A DNA stretch of 64,000 bases from Planctomycetota bacterium. GTDB taxonomy: Bacteria; Planctomycetota; PLA2; JAEUHO01. The position numbers and the translations under genes are program-made. The stretch spans positions 61,156 to 125,155 of the forward strand of contig JBFWRP010000012.1 of NCBI GenBank assembly GCA_050248855.1, read 5' to 3'. The notes beneath the pieces are model-generated. The model did no database searches, had not been told where the DNA came from, and saw nothing but the letters and a program-made list of their open reading frames with translations. This document shows, piece by piece, positions 27,635 to 37,369 of this stretch; position 1 is the first letter of the stretch, and the number at the start of each line of letters is the position of its first letter.

Positions 27635-30418
27635 TCACCGGGCCCCCGGCGGACGCCCGTTTCGGGCCGCCACGAACTCTCCGCAGGCGTGGCAGCCGGC
27701 AGCCGCTCCCGCCGGGCGGTCGTCCCGCCCACAGACCGGGCAGCGCGGCCAGAGCAGCCCGCAGGCCTCGTCCCGGACGGCCTCCCGCTCGGCGGCCTCG
27801 ACGGGGTCGTCGGAAGGGGAACCAGGGGAAGTAGGGGAAGTAGGGGAACTGTGCGGGTCGGTCCCCGCGCGCGCGGCCGCGCGGCCCGCGCGCGCGTACA
27901 CGAAACTGGAAGGGCTCCGCCCACTTCCCCTACTTCCCCTTCTTCCCCTTCCCTCGTCATCCTCGGCGCGCGCCCCCGTGACCCGGATGCCCCAGCGTGC
28001 GGCCCCGTCCCGCTCGCCCCGGCGCTCGAACACGAGCCCCTCGACCACGCGCCCGGCGACCTTGCGCAGGTAGTAGCCCAGGCGCTTCGCGTCGGCCTTG
28101 CCGCCGTGGTCGGCACCGACGCCGACGATGGCGTCGTGGAGCGACGGCGCCGAGGCAGCGCGCTTCACAGCCTCTGCCGCCGTCGTCGTCTCGGCCCCGA
28201 GCTCCGCGTGCCAGGCCGTCAGAAGCATCGCCAGCACTTCGCGGTCGGGCGCCTCGCCCACGAGCCGCCCCTGGGTGTCCAGCGGATCCGCCTCGCCGCC
28301 CGCGAGCCGATGCGCCCAGATCACGGCAGCCCGCACCAGACCGTCCCAGGCCGTGAACATCCCGAGCGGAGGGCGACCGTGCCCGGGGCGCCCCGCGACG
28401 TGGAACCCCCGCACCACGGTCAGCGCCGCGACCAGGAGGCGCGGGTGCTCGTGGGCGACGTGATCGAGCAGGTCGCCCACCTCGAACGTCCGTAGGCTCG
28501 GCCGCTCGACGCCCGGCTCGATCTGCACGGAGAGCGCCCGCCGTCCCAGGTCCCCGGCCAGGCGAATGTTGTTGCCCGTCGCGATCCAGACGACGCGGTG
28601 GGGGAGCGTCACCCTGCGGTTGACCCCAAGGATCCGGTCGCTCCACTCGATGCACGTGAGGAGCGCCGCGAGGCTCGGGCTCTCCAACGTCGAGCCGTCC
28701 GGCACGTTGTCGAGCAGCGCGACACGGGGCGCCTCCATGACGACGGTCGTCAGGCGCTTCCGCATCTCGGCCTCGCCGTCGGAACGGCGCCCTCCCACGG
28801 GCGGCATCTCGTCCGGGCCGTGCCCGGTCATGGCGCGTGTGGCGACGTGCGCCAGGAGCGTCTTCCCGCTCCCGAACTCGGGTGCGATCGCTGCGGTCAT
28901 CGGCACGGGCCCGGGGACGGCGAAGCGGCAGGCGATCCCGAGCATGAGAGCGGCCACAGCCGCCTCGTCCGCCGGCGTCGCCAGCGGGAACTCGCGGAAC
29001 GGGTCGAGCAGGACCCGATACGCCTCGCCCACCTCGGCCTCCGAGGGCCGCGGCGGGACGGTCGGGTAGACGCGGGCCGGCATGTAGATCAGCCCCGTCG
29101 GCTCGTCGTAGCCCGGACGATCCAGGACCGATCCATCGACGCGAAGCGTCGGCGCCGTGACCACACCGAGGAGAGGACGGATCCCCGGCCACTCGGCGCG
29201 GTCACGCATGGCCTCGACCACGGGACGGGGGCACCACTCCTCGAGGCGCACTACGTCGCCCTGCCGGGTCTTCTTCTCGCGGATCCAGCACGCGGCCTCG
29301 TCGAGCCGCTCGCGGAGGATCGAGTCGGGGAGACGCACGATGCGCGGCGCGGCGCTTCGCTGGATGCCGTCCTCGCCCGCCTCCACCGTCCGGACGACCC
29401 GCGAGAGGACGTCGCCGCGCGCGTAGACGACCTCGCGGCATCGCTTCGCCAGGGCCGTGACCGCGGGCGGCAGGATCTGGTGGAGCGGCACGTCGCCGCC
29501 CAGTCCGGTGAACACGATCACGGGGCGATCGGGGGCCGAGCGTTCGACTGCCGTGCGCACGGTGCGCTGTCCGTACGTCTCCCCCTGCCCCGCGCTCTGG
29601 TCCCACTTCGGCCGGTAAAGCTTCGAGCGCCGAAACAGCCGGTCGATGCGCTCCGGGTCGCGGTCGGTCCAGAACGCCAGGATCAGGCACAGCCCGAGGT
29701 CGGCCTCGGACGGCGATCCGTAGCCCGTCGTGTCGCCGTCGTCGTAGAGCGCGCAGAACTTCTTCCCGTTCTTGGCCTTGCGCGCACGCGCGAGGAGCCG
29801 CTCGTCGTCCGGCTCGGCCTGCCGCGACCCGGGATCGGGCGGCACGGGACGCTTGCGCTGCTGCGGCGGGAAGGTCTCGGCGTGCCAGGCATCGAGATCG
29901 CGTTGGCGCTCCTCGACCGGCAGCGGCGGGACACCGTTCAGGCTCCGTGCCGTGATCGTGAAGTAGCGCCCTTCCGCATAGCACTCGATCGCGCCACGCT
30001 TCCGGCCACCGGGCGGGAGCGCGCCGACGAGGATCAGGTGAACGCCCCGGCCCGAGGGGCTGACCTCGGTGTACGTGGCGAAGCGCTCGACCGTGGCTCG
30101 AGCCCACGTAAGCAGCTCTCCGGATGCGGGGTCGCGGCAGCCGTCGAGATCGATCCCGACGAACGGGTCGTCGGCCGCGAAGGCGAAGCCGATGCCGCTG
30201 AAGCCGCCGCCCGTGTACGCCGCGCGCGCCTCCTCGAACGAGCACCACGTCGCCGGGTCGGTCGTGGACGCGTGCTGTCCATCGACGCGGTAGGGCACCT
30301 TCGTCGGTTTCTTCTGCCCAGGCTTGTGCTCCAGCCTCCACAGGAGCCACTGCCGGCGCTGACGCAGCGCCTCCGGAACGGCGTCGAACTCGGGCGCGAG
30401 CACGGTGGGTAGCGTCAT
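27635..30418 (-). CDS. Primase-polymerase (AEP, NrS-1-like) fused to ATPase/helicase domain
   Basis: QWLLWR, TKVPY, GIDLDGC, YTEVSPSGRGVH, SEADL, IDRLFR.S.L.RPKW; C-terminal GSGKT and LLDN motifs. Confidence 0.88.
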   Translation of the reverse strand: MTLPTVLAPEFDAVPEALRQRRQWLLWRLEHKPGQKKPTKVPYRVDGQHASTTDPATWCSFEEARAAYTGGGFSGIGFAFAADDPFVGIDLDGCRDPASGELLTWARATVERFATYTEVSPSGRGVHLILVGALPPGGRKRGAIECYAEGRYFTITARSLNGVPPLPVEERQRDLDAWHAETFPPQQRKRPVPPDPGSRQAEPDDERLLARARKAKNGKKFCALYDDGDTTGYGSPSEADLGLCLILAFWTDRDPERIDRLFRRSKLYRPKWDQSAGQGETYGQRTVRTAVERSAPDRPVIVFTGLGGDVPLHQILPPAVTALAKRCREVVYARGDVLSRVVRTVEAGEDGIQRSAAPRIVRLPDSILRERLDEAACWIREKKTRQGDVVRLEEWCPRPVVEAMRDRAEWPGIRPLLGVVTAPTLRVDGSVLDRPGYDEPTGLIYMPARVYPTVPPRPSEAEVGEAYRVLLDPFREFPLATPADEAAVAALMLGIACRFAVPGPVPMTAAIAPEFGSGKTLLAHVATRAMTGHGPDEMPPVGGRRSDGEAEMRKRLTTVVMEAPRVALLDNVPDGSTLESPSLAALLTCIEWSDRILGVNRRVTLPHRVVWIATGNNIRLAGDLGRRALSVQIEPGVERPSLRTFEVGDLLDHVAHEHPRLLVAALTVVRGFHVAGRPGHGRPPLGMFTAWDGLVRAAVIWAHRLAGGEADPLDTQGRLVGEAPDREVLAMLLTAWHAELGAETTTAAEAVKRAASAPSLHDAIVGVGADHGGKADAKRLGYYLRKVAGRVVEGLVFERRGERDGAARWGIRVTGARAEDDEGRGRRGSRGSGRSPSSFVYARAGRAAARAGTDPHSSPTSPTSPGSPSDDPVEAAEREAVRDEACGLLWPRCPVCGRDDRPAGAAAGCHACGEFVAARNGRPPGAR
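27824..27949. repeat. Inverted arrays of 9-bp AGGGGAAGT units (iteron-like)
   Basis: AGGGGAAGTAGGGGAAGTAGGGGAA at 27824 and ACTTCCCCTACTTCCCCTTCTTCCCCT at 27923, flanking a CG-rich quasi-palindrome. Confidence 0.75.
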
Positions 30419-30600
30419 CGCTTCCGCCCATCACCTCGAGCCAGGTCGATCACCACGGTGCACGGCTCGCACCACGTCCTGCCGTTCCCGAACGCCGCTC
30501 CACCCGGCGGCCTGATCCACCGACCGCACCGGCTGCAGCGCGGGAGCCACGCGGCCGGACTGCGATGGCTCATAGGCTCCGTGGGCGGTTGCTTCGTCAT
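30415..30600 (-). CDS. Small zinc-finger protein
   Basis: CSRC...CEPC; ATGA overlaps on both sides. Confidence 0.6.
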   Translation of the reverse strand: MTKQPPTEPMSHRSPAAWLPRCSRCGRWIRPPGGAAFGNGRTWCEPCTVVIDLARGDGRKR

Positions 30601-31067
30601 GCCAGCCTCCCGTCCAAGGACGCCGCCGCCACCGCGATCCACAGCGCATCGGCGAGGCCGCTGTCCTTCGCGCGGTCCAGGCGCGCGCTCGGCCACCGTT
30701 CGCGTGCCAGGCGCAGCGCGTGACGCTTGCGCTCGGTGTACGACTTGGGCTTCGCCCGGCCGGCGAAGGCCACGCGCTGCCACTCCTTGGGCTGCACGCG
30801 CACGAGCGATAGGCCCAAGGCCAGCACGACGCCCTCCGCGCAGCCGATCGCGCGCCATTGCTGGCTGATCTGCCGCCATCCGCCGGTGTGCGGCGGCCTG
30901 CCGACAGGCACCTCGATGGCGACGCGCGTCGGAGCCTGCACCAGAAGGACATCCGCCAGCGCGGCACCGTCCGTCGTGTCCAGAACCTCGCCGTGGCCCT
31001 GGTCCGTGCGCGTGTCCAGGAACGCCACGCTGCCAGCCATGCCGGGATCGATCGCTGCAACGATCAC
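30597..31067 (-). CDS. RuvC-like Holliday junction resolvase
   Basis: IVAAIDPG..G, VAIE, VQPKEWQ and ADALWIA motifs. Confidence 0.85.
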   Translation of the reverse strand: MIVAAIDPGMAGSVAFLDTRTDQGHGEVLDTTDGAALADVLLVQAPTRVAIEVPVGRPPHTGGWRQISQQWRAIGCAEGVVLALGLSLVRVQPKEWQRVAFAGRAKPKSYTERKRHALRLARERWPSARLDRAKDSGLADALWIAVAAASLDGRLA

Positions 31068-31231
31068 GATGACACCTCACAGAGAAGTGCAGGCCGGGGT
31101 GCCCCGCCAGAGTCCCAGGCCGTTCGGTTCACCGAGCGAGCGGGGCCCCGGCCTGCGGGGAAGACGTGAGCGCCCGTGGGATGCGGACGCGGGAGGGTGG
31201 TGGTGGGGCGCGCGGGCGCCATGGCTGCGCC

Positions 31232-31810
31232 CTAGAACGGGATCGCGTCGTCATCCATCGGCTCGTCGCTGATGGGGTTGCGTGCCACGTCGTCGCGCGC
31301 GGCCTTGGCCTTCGCGACCGGCGGCGCCGACGGTTTGGAGTGCGACCTGGCGCCCGCGGCAGCCGCGCGCAGCAGCGAGCCGAAGCGCGCCTGCAGCGTC
31401 CCGACCTCGCCCTGCGAGGCGCCCGGCACCTGCGGCGTGTGGTCGCCCGGGTTGATCCAGTCCGCCTTGAAGCGGACCTGGCCGTTGTAGGCGTCCTCCT
31501 TCACCGTGATCTGCACGGTGACGTCGGGCACCGGGCCAGCCACGGTGCGCAGGTCGCCGTTCCAGCCCAGCGCGCCTGCCAACTGCTCGACCACCGTCTG
31601 GTTGACGGAGCCGTCGCGCTTGATCACGTAGAACTGGCCGTAGACGCGGTGCTCCTCGTACTCGGCCCAGCTCGTCCAACTGGACGCCTCGAGCTGCGCG
31701 AGGACCGCGAACTCGATCGAGATCGCGACGGCCTGGCTGGTCTCGCTGGTGCGCACGGACCACGAGAGCGGGCGCGCGCGGAAGATGCCGGGGCGGTCCA
31801 GGCGCCTCAT
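31232..31810 (-). CDS. Phage single-stranded DNA-binding protein (DUF669-like)
   Basis: VQITVKEDAYNG; acidic DDDAIPF C-terminus; follows the Sak4-like ATPase. Confidence 0.75.
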   Translation of the reverse strand: MRRLDRPGIFRARPLSWSVRTSETSQAVAISIEFAVLAQLEASSWTSWAEYEEHRVYGQFYVIKRDGSVNQTVVEQLAGALGWNGDLRTVAGPVPDVTVQITVKEDAYNGQVRFKADWINPGDHTPQVPGASQGEVGTLQARFGSLLRAAAAGARSHSKPSAPPVAKAKAARDDVARNPISDEPMDDDAIPF

Positions 31811-32631
31811 CGCGCACCTCCGAAGATCAGCGACCAGATCGCGCCGTCGTCCGCCGCCGTGAACGGCAGCGGCTCGGAGAGTGTCCTGGACTTGGCCACG
31901 TGGTCGGGGCGCTCGATCGGCCAGATCGTGCGCGTGCCCGCGCCCTTCCCCTTCCTGTCCTTGGCGACGACGTCGTAGCCGACGAAGAGCACGTGGTCGG
32001 CCCACTGGACGACGCGGTTTCGGATCGAGGCCTTGCCCGACTTGGGGCTCTGCAGGTGCGGCTCGAACCGGATGAAGTCCTCGCCGACGGGGTTGGGCAC
32101 GTCGGCCGTGCAGTCGTGCGCGATCAGGATCACGCTGCGACCGCGCCGCACCTGGGCGTCGAGGTCTGCGAGCAGGAGGAGAAACGTGTCGTAGACGTGC
32201 TGCAGGCCCTTGCCGAACCCGTAGCCCTCCACGCTCGTGACGCGGTGCCCCTTCTCGTGCGGCACCGTCGCCAGCGTGTGCGCGACGGCCAACTCTTCGG
32301 CGCGCGTGGCCGAGTCGAGGACCACCGTCTCGAAGCCGTCCAGCACGTCGCTCTGGAGGCACGCACGGAGGTCCGAGAACGTGTCGATGCCCTCGACGCG
32401 CGGCACGTCCAGCGCGCGCGTGCCGCACTCCACGTCGAGGAAGACCGGCTTGGGGGCCTCGGCGGCGAGACTCGTCTTGCCGATCCCGCCGGGACCGTAG
32501 ACCACGATCCGCTGCGGACCGGAGACGCGACCCGAGAGGATCGCGAACCGGCTCGCCGCGGGCGCGGGCTCGGCCGCCGGCGTCGTCGCGCGCCTCGGAG
32601 GCGGCGGCTGGGGCTTCTGGACGGCGTGCAT
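31807..32631 (-). CDS. Sak4-like AAA_24 ATPase (single-strand annealing)
   Basis: VYGPGGIGKTS, FLDVE.G, TVVLDS, YGFGKG, LIAH, WADHVLF and HVAKSR motifs. Confidence 0.88.
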   Translation of the reverse strand: MHAVQKPQPPPPRRATTPAAEPAPAASRFAILSGRVSGPQRIVVYGPGGIGKTSLAAEAPKPVFLDVECGTRALDVPRVEGIDTFSDLRACLQSDVLDGFETVVLDSATRAEELAVAHTLATVPHEKGHRVTSVEGYGFGKGLQHVYDTFLLLLADLDAQVRRGRSVILIAHDCTADVPNPVGEDFIRFEPHLQSPKSGKASIRNRVVQWADHVLFVGYDVVAKDRKGKGAGTRTIWPIERPDHVAKSRTLSEPLPFTAADDGAIWSLIFGGAR

Positions 32632-32688
32632 GGGGAAGGACTCCTTGGGGTGGCGCCCGCTAGCCCGGGCGCGGTGGCGTGCTCGGGC

Positions 32689-33663
32689 TCAGCCCCCGAG
32701 CGAGGCGTCTCCGGCGAACTCGGGGTGGACGCAGTCCGACCGGACGAACCCGATGGGGGTTTGGCTGTGGAGGTCGCGGTGCTGGCAGACCGCGAGGTAG
32801 TCACAGGCGAACGGTTCGAAGCACGCGCCCGGGTTGCGGTACCAAGCGTCGCCACGCTGGCAGGCGCGGACCGCCTGTTGCTGGATCCAGAGGTCGCGGC
32901 GGCACTCCTCGAGGTCCTGGTCGAGCCGCGCAATCTCGATGCGTGCGAAGTAGTGCTCCGGCTTGGCCGCGATGTCGGCGGCGATGCGCGCTGCGAACTC
33001 CTCGGGCGTCTCGTCGCGATCGCGCTGGTTCGCGTAGAGCGCGCCGGCCTTCGTGAACTTGCGCGCCGCCTCGGGCGTGGCCTTCAGCGGCCGGAGCGCC
33101 GGCCGCCGCGTGACGTCGTAGAGGACCGTCTCGACCTGGAAGTCGAGCTCGCGCGCTGCGATGACGTAGATCGAGAGTTGGGAATCCAGGTGCAGCCGCA
33201 GCCAGTAGTCCGCGCCCGGGGCGAAGTCGCGCGAGGTCGTCTTCACCTCGAGGAGCGCCAGCCGACCGTCGGGGAGGCGCACGACGGCATCGATCACGCC
33301 GCCGAGACGCCAGATCGGCGTCGGGGCGCCGGTCGCGGGGTTCACGAGCGGAAGGTCAAACGGGACCTCGGAGGCGAGGACCTCGAGGCCCGCGCCCGCC
33401 CAGCGGCGCTGGTGGCCGTCGAACATGGCGGCGACGAGCGCGAGGTCGTACGGGTCGTCCAGGCCCTGGGCGATCGCCGCCTCGGGGTCGCTCCCCTTCG
33501 CCACAGCCTCGATCGCGCGGTGGAAGGCGGAACCGACCTTGAGGGCGAAGCCCGTGGTCTCGGGGCGCAGGCCCAGCTCGTACCGGAGGTAGTGGCGCCG
33601 CGGACAGGCGCGGAAGGTTGCGAGCCGCGTGTGCGTCAGGACCTGGGCGGTGGGGGCGCTCAT
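32689..33663 (-). CDS. PD-(D/E)XK exonuclease, Cas4/AddB-like with four-Cys motif
   Basis: CPRR, GSAFH, GVIDA..LEVKT, QLSIY; C-terminal C-x5-C-x5-C. Confidence 0.88.
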   Translation of the reverse strand: MSAPTAQVLTHTRLATFRACPRRHYLRYELGLRPETTGFALKVGSAFHRAIEAVAKGSDPEAAIAQGLDDPYDLALVAAMFDGHQRRWAGAGLEVLASEVPFDLPLVNPATGAPTPIWRLGGVIDAVVRLPDGRLALLEVKTTSRDFAPGADYWLRLHLDSQLSIYVIAARELDFQVETVLYDVTRRPALRPLKATPEAARKFTKAGALYANQRDRDETPEEFAARIAADIAAKPEHYFARIEIARLDQDLEECRRDLWIQQQAVRACQRGDAWYRNPGACFEPFACDYLAVCQHRDLHSQTPIGFVRSDCVHPEFAGDASLGG

Positions 33664-33932
33664 ACCGGCACTGCCTCGTCGCGCTTGGGGCGGGGCGCGC
33701 GGGGGTGCTCGCGAGCGAGCTCCCGGTGCATGTGCTCGATGACCGCGCTTCGGAGCCAGCGGTAGACGCCCTTCCCCCGGGGGTTGGCCTGGACGACGCG
33801 GCGGCCGCGGACGAGGGCGGGGAAGCGGCTCGCGTACGCGTCCCAGCGGGACCGCGAGACGTGGACGAGCCCCGAGGCCTCGGCGGCGCTGAGGAGGGCG
33901 TCTTCGGGGGGGAGGGGCCTGGGACGCGGCAC
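33660..33932 (-). CDS. Small HTH/excisionase-like DNA-binding protein
   Basis: LLSAAEAS.LV.VSRS.W...RWLRSAV..H pattern (AlpA/Xis-like). Confidence 0.6.
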   Translation of the reverse strand: MPRPRPLPPEDALLSAAEASGLVHVSRSRWDAYASRFPALVRGRRVVQANPRGKGVYRWLRSAVIEHMHRELAREHPRAPRPKRDEAVPV

Positions 33933-34052
33933 GTGCGGGAAGATCCGAGGGGGCCGCCGCGCCCGTCGGGAACGTCCACCTTTGTCCGCGTTTGTCCGTG
34001 TTGTCCGCGCTTGGCCCCGCCCAGAACCACGGAGCCGCCCGCGCGGGCGGGC

Positions 34053-35096
34053 CTACTCGCCGTTCTTCTCCCGGCGTGCGAGGTCTTGCATGAAGCGGCG
34101 CTCCGCCTTCGCCGGGTCAGGCCGCGCGGTGGCCGCCTTGGCGGCCCGGGTTTGCTCCTGCCGCTTGGCCGCCCCGGCCTTGTACTGATCCCCGGCACTC
34201 GCGATCTCGCCCGCGACGTGGGTCACGGCGTCTTCGTAGAACCTGCCGCCCGGCGTGCGCGCAGGCCCGTCCTGGCGCAGCGCGTAGAGGGGATCGCCCG
34301 CATCGATCCGGTCGGCGCTCAGCGCCTTCAGGAGCGCGGTGCCCGACTGGTGACCGAGGATCTTCGCGGCCTCCTTCGAGGTCAGCACCCGCCCGCTCCA
34401 TCGGTCGGGACGGTCCATTGGGAGCACCGCGGCCAGGAACGACTTCAGCATCTCGCCCGGGGGCCGACGCGGAGTGACCTTGCCGTCGGGTCCAAGAGCG
34501 AACTCCTCGGCGAGGGGGAGGAAGTGAGCGCGCACGCGCTGGAGCACGTCATCAGCCTGGGGGGTGAGTAGGTCTCGCGTGGGGGCAGCGAGGATGAACG
34601 GGCCGCCTGCACGCGCGACGAGGGCCTCTGCTACGCGCGCGAGGTCGGCCGGTTCTGTCTGCACGGTCAGATGAACAGGAAATGGATGGCCAGGTCGAGG
34701 GACGTACGTCCCGAGGGACCATGTGCGCTGCAGGGCGGGGACCGGCGCGTGCTGGACGACCGCACCAAGGGCGGCTGCGATCGCATCACCGAGGGCTCGG
34801 CGGTCCAACTCGTAGACGACGATGTCGGCCTGCGTCAACGTAAGCGTCTCGCACCGACGCGGGTGGCAACTGCAGACCGCGACGAGATCCTCGGGCCCGT
34901 GCTCGATGACATCGTGGTAGCAGCCGCACGGGTTCGGCGCGCTACACGGGTGTGCCGAAGCCCGGCTGCTGTCGGGTGAGAGAAGACGCGACGCGGCCTC
35001 GAACTCCTCGCCGAGGAGGCCTCGCCACTCGGCGGCGACAGCCCGCAAGCCGTGGACGGACTCCAGGGCCCGCCAGATGCGCTGTGGACCGCTCAC
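34053..35096 (-). CDS. Hypothetical protein with Cys cluster and C-terminal HTH-like segment
   Basis: HPC...CGC.H...VCSC....C; LTSKEAAKILG. Confidence 0.7.
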   Translation of the reverse strand: MSGPQRIWRALESVHGLRAVAAEWRGLLGEEFEAASRLLSPDSSRASAHPCSAPNPCGCYHDVIEHGPEDLVAVCSCHPRRCETLTLTQADIVVYELDRRALGDAIAAALGAVVQHAPVPALQRTWSLGTYVPRPGHPFPVHLTVQTEPADLARVAEALVARAGGPFILAAPTRDLLTPQADDVLQRVRAHFLPLAEEFALGPDGKVTPRRPPGEMLKSFLAAVLPMDRPDRWSGRVLTSKEAAKILGHQSGTALLKALSADRIDAGDPLYALRQDGPARTPGGRFYEDAVTHVAGEIASAGDQYKAGAAKRQEQTRAAKAATARPDPAKAERRFMQDLARREKNGE

Positions 35097-35103
35097 GTGG
35101 CGC

Positions 35104-36258
35104 CTACCGGCCGGCGAGGATGAATCCTCGCTTCTGGAGCCACCGCTCGGTAACCGCACTATCGCCATCCCGCAGGAACTGGGCGACGTTCGACGGCCGG
35201 ATGGTGACTGTCCTGGGGGTCTTGGAGTCGGAGAACTTCACGGCGAAGCTCGCGCGGGTCATGCGCGCCTTCTCCGGCAGGGCCCGCCCCCCGGCTTCCA
35301 TGGCACGGAAGAGGTCGTTGGCCTTGTGCGTCGTGATTTCCTTCTCGGGCCCGCCCCAGAAGACCTCGACCTGCTTCAGCTTCACGGACTCGATCCCGTC
35401 GATGTCGTCACAGGCGAGGGACTTCGACCCGTGAGTCCGCAGCGGATCGAGCGTGTACTTGCCGGTACCGGGGAAGAACTCGTCGTGCCCGAACAGGTGA
35501 CGCCCGAACATCTTGCGATAGAGGTCCTTCTCGCGCTTCGTGTTCGCGTGGATCTGGAGTTCGCCAAGGGCGCGGTAGTACACGACCACGTCATGCGCCT
35601 GGGCCCTGAAGAGCAAACTGTCGGATTCGCCTTCGCCGACGACGATGCCCTTTCGCTCAAGCGGCTCCGCGTGCCGCACGAGGAACCAGATTGAGTCGTC
35701 CTTCGGGAAGGCCTCCACCTGCGCCCCTCGTCCTCGCCGGTTCTTCAGGAACCATTGGTCGAGATCCTTCGCCAGGGCGGCGAGGACCGCGTGAGACGGG
35801 GTCTCAATCTCGGGAGGATCGACTCGGTCCGTCTGGTAGTACTCAAATGAGCGAGGGCGCGTGAGGTAGTGCTCTGCGTGCAGCCGGTCGAGCAGGTCGG
35901 GGGCGTGAAGCCAGACTTGGACCGCCACGTCGGCCGGGGTGGGTTCGGGGCCGGCGTTCAGCCGGATGCCCTCTCTCTCGCACACGCACATGAGTTCGTC
36001 CATCCGCCCCGGCGTGGACATCTCGTGGATCAGGTACAGTGCGTTCGAGAGAGCAGGCGGCGTGTCGGTGTCCGGCGTCATGAAGACGCGGGCGAGGCCC
36101 TCGTAGTCGAAGCCGTTCGCGCTCCCCGCGGGCGGCAGTTCATGCCCTCGGGCCGAGAAGTACGCTTCGTGCTCCGCGAGCAGTGCGCGCAGATGGTCGG
36201 GATGGATGGCCCTCAACGCACCGGGCCGCGTGAATCGCTTGAGGTTGTACGTCGCCAT
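35104..36258 (-). CDS. Hypothetical protein (first gene of the element next to the tRNA)
   Basis: 384-aa ORF MATYNLKRF...; no recombinase motif recognised. Confidence 0.8.
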   Translation of the reverse strand: MATYNLKRFTRPGALRAIHPDHLRALLAEHEAYFSARGHELPPAGSANGFDYEGLARVFMTPDTDTPPALSNALYLIHEMSTPGRMDELMCVCEREGIRLNAGPEPTPADVAVQVWLHAPDLLDRLHAEHYLTRPRSFEYYQTDRVDPPEIETPSHAVLAALAKDLDQWFLKNRRGRGAQVEAFPKDDSIWFLVRHAEPLERKGIVVGEGESDSLLFRAQAHDVVVYYRALGELQIHANTKREKDLYRKMFGRHLFGHDEFFPGTGKYTLDPLRTHGSKSLACDDIDGIESVKLKQVEVFWGGPEKEITTHKANDLFRAMEAGGRALPEKARMTRASFAVKFSDSKTPRTVTIRPSNVAQFLRDGDSAVTERWLQKRGFILAGR

Positions 36259-36595
36259 GTGGTCCTACCCGCCGCGTCCGTGGGCGGGCGGGGTCGTCCC
36301 GCGGCGACGGTGCGTGGCTTCCTGGGGCACCCGACCTCCTGCCGATCGGGGGGCGAGGAGGCTAGCGCCGGGGGGTGACGCTCCTTGCGCGATCCGGCGT
36401 CGATCTGGCGTCGATCGGCGAGCACGCCCCGACGTAGGGATCTCATCCGTCCCAGCACCCGTACCAGCACGCCTCCGAAATCGGGCGTTGATCGGGGGTT
36501 TATCGGGAAGGCGGGCCGCGCCGGGGTCGCGGGGGCCGCACGCGCCCGCCGCAGCCTAGCGGCCCACGGAGGGCCATTTCATGCGGGTCAGGCGG

Positions 36596-36671
36596 TGGTA
36601 TCCCCGGCAGGACTCGAACCTGCGACCCCCGGTTTAGGAAACCGGTGCTCTATCCACTGAGCTACGGGGAC
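36596..36671 (-). tRNA. tRNA-Arg (CCT)
   Basis: GTCCCCGTAGCTCAGTGGATAGAGCACCGGTTTCCTAAACCGGGGGTCGCAGGTTCGAGTCCTGCCGGGGATACCA: cloverleaf, anticodon CCT, encoded CCA. Confidence 0.98.
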
Positions 36672-36828
36672 GGGCAGTGGCTGTGGGGAGTGTAGGGCGG
36701 CCCGTGTGGCGGGGGCCCTTGGTCTCCGAGGGCGCGACGGGGCGCCGTACGGGACTCCCTCCGTGGCGCCTGCCTACGACAGGGGGCCGCGACCACGGGT
36801 GGCCCTGGCGCGCTACCCTGGCGTGGCC

Positions 36829-37338
36829 ATGACCGCGCTCTTCACCCGCAAGCACTACGAGGTGGTGCCCGAGGGCATCCCCGTCGAGCTGCTCGACGGG
36901 CAGCTCGTGAAGCGGCCGTCGCCTCGGTTCGGGCACCAGCGCATCCAGTCCCGCATCCTGCACGTGCTCGCCGGCCTTCTAGGGCCGGACCGCGTCGCGG
37001 TGGGGCCCGTCGACGTACTCGTGGACGAGCTGAACGTGTTCGTGCCCGACATCGTGGTTCACGAGCACGTGCCGGACGACGAGGCGCAGTACGTGGGCGT
37101 GCCGTCGGTCGTATTCGAGATCCTTTCGCCGTCCACGGAGGTTCGCGACCGCGACTACAAGGCGCGCCGGTACCTCGGCCTCGGGGTCAAGGAAGTCTGG
37201 CTGATCGACCGCGCGCGCCGTCGGATCGAGGTCGTCGACGTGGACGGGACTACGCCGTCTGTCGCGGACCATGCTGCCAGCTCCCGCGCGGTTCCGGGTC
37301 TCGAGCTGGTGCCGGAGCATCTGTTCGCGCAGCCCTAG
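36829..37338 (+). CDS. Uma2-family endonuclease-like protein
   Basis: ELLDG, PSP..GHQ, VPDIVV, FEILSPST and GVKEVWLID motifs. Confidence 0.9.
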   Translation: MTALFTRKHYEVVPEGIPVELLDGQLVKRPSPRFGHQRIQSRILHVLAGLLGPDRVAVGPVDVLVDELNVFVPDIVVHEHVPDDEAQYVGVPSVVFEILSPSTEVRDRDYKARRYLGLGVKEVWLIDRARRRIEVVDVDGTTPSVADHAASSRAVPGLELVPEHLFAQP

Positions 37339-37369
37339 GGCCTGAGGGCGCGCCTCCCCGCCAGCTGCG

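Larger units (their letters stand above)
1..36595 (-). mobile_element. Prophage-like integrated element (probably defective or remodelled), right end at tRNA-Arg 3' end, left end beyond the window
   Basis: Co-oriented phage replication/recombination, packaging (HNH, TerS, TerL, portal) and tail-like genes directly downstream of a tRNA; host housekeeping genes resume on the other side of the tRNA. Confidence 0.85.
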
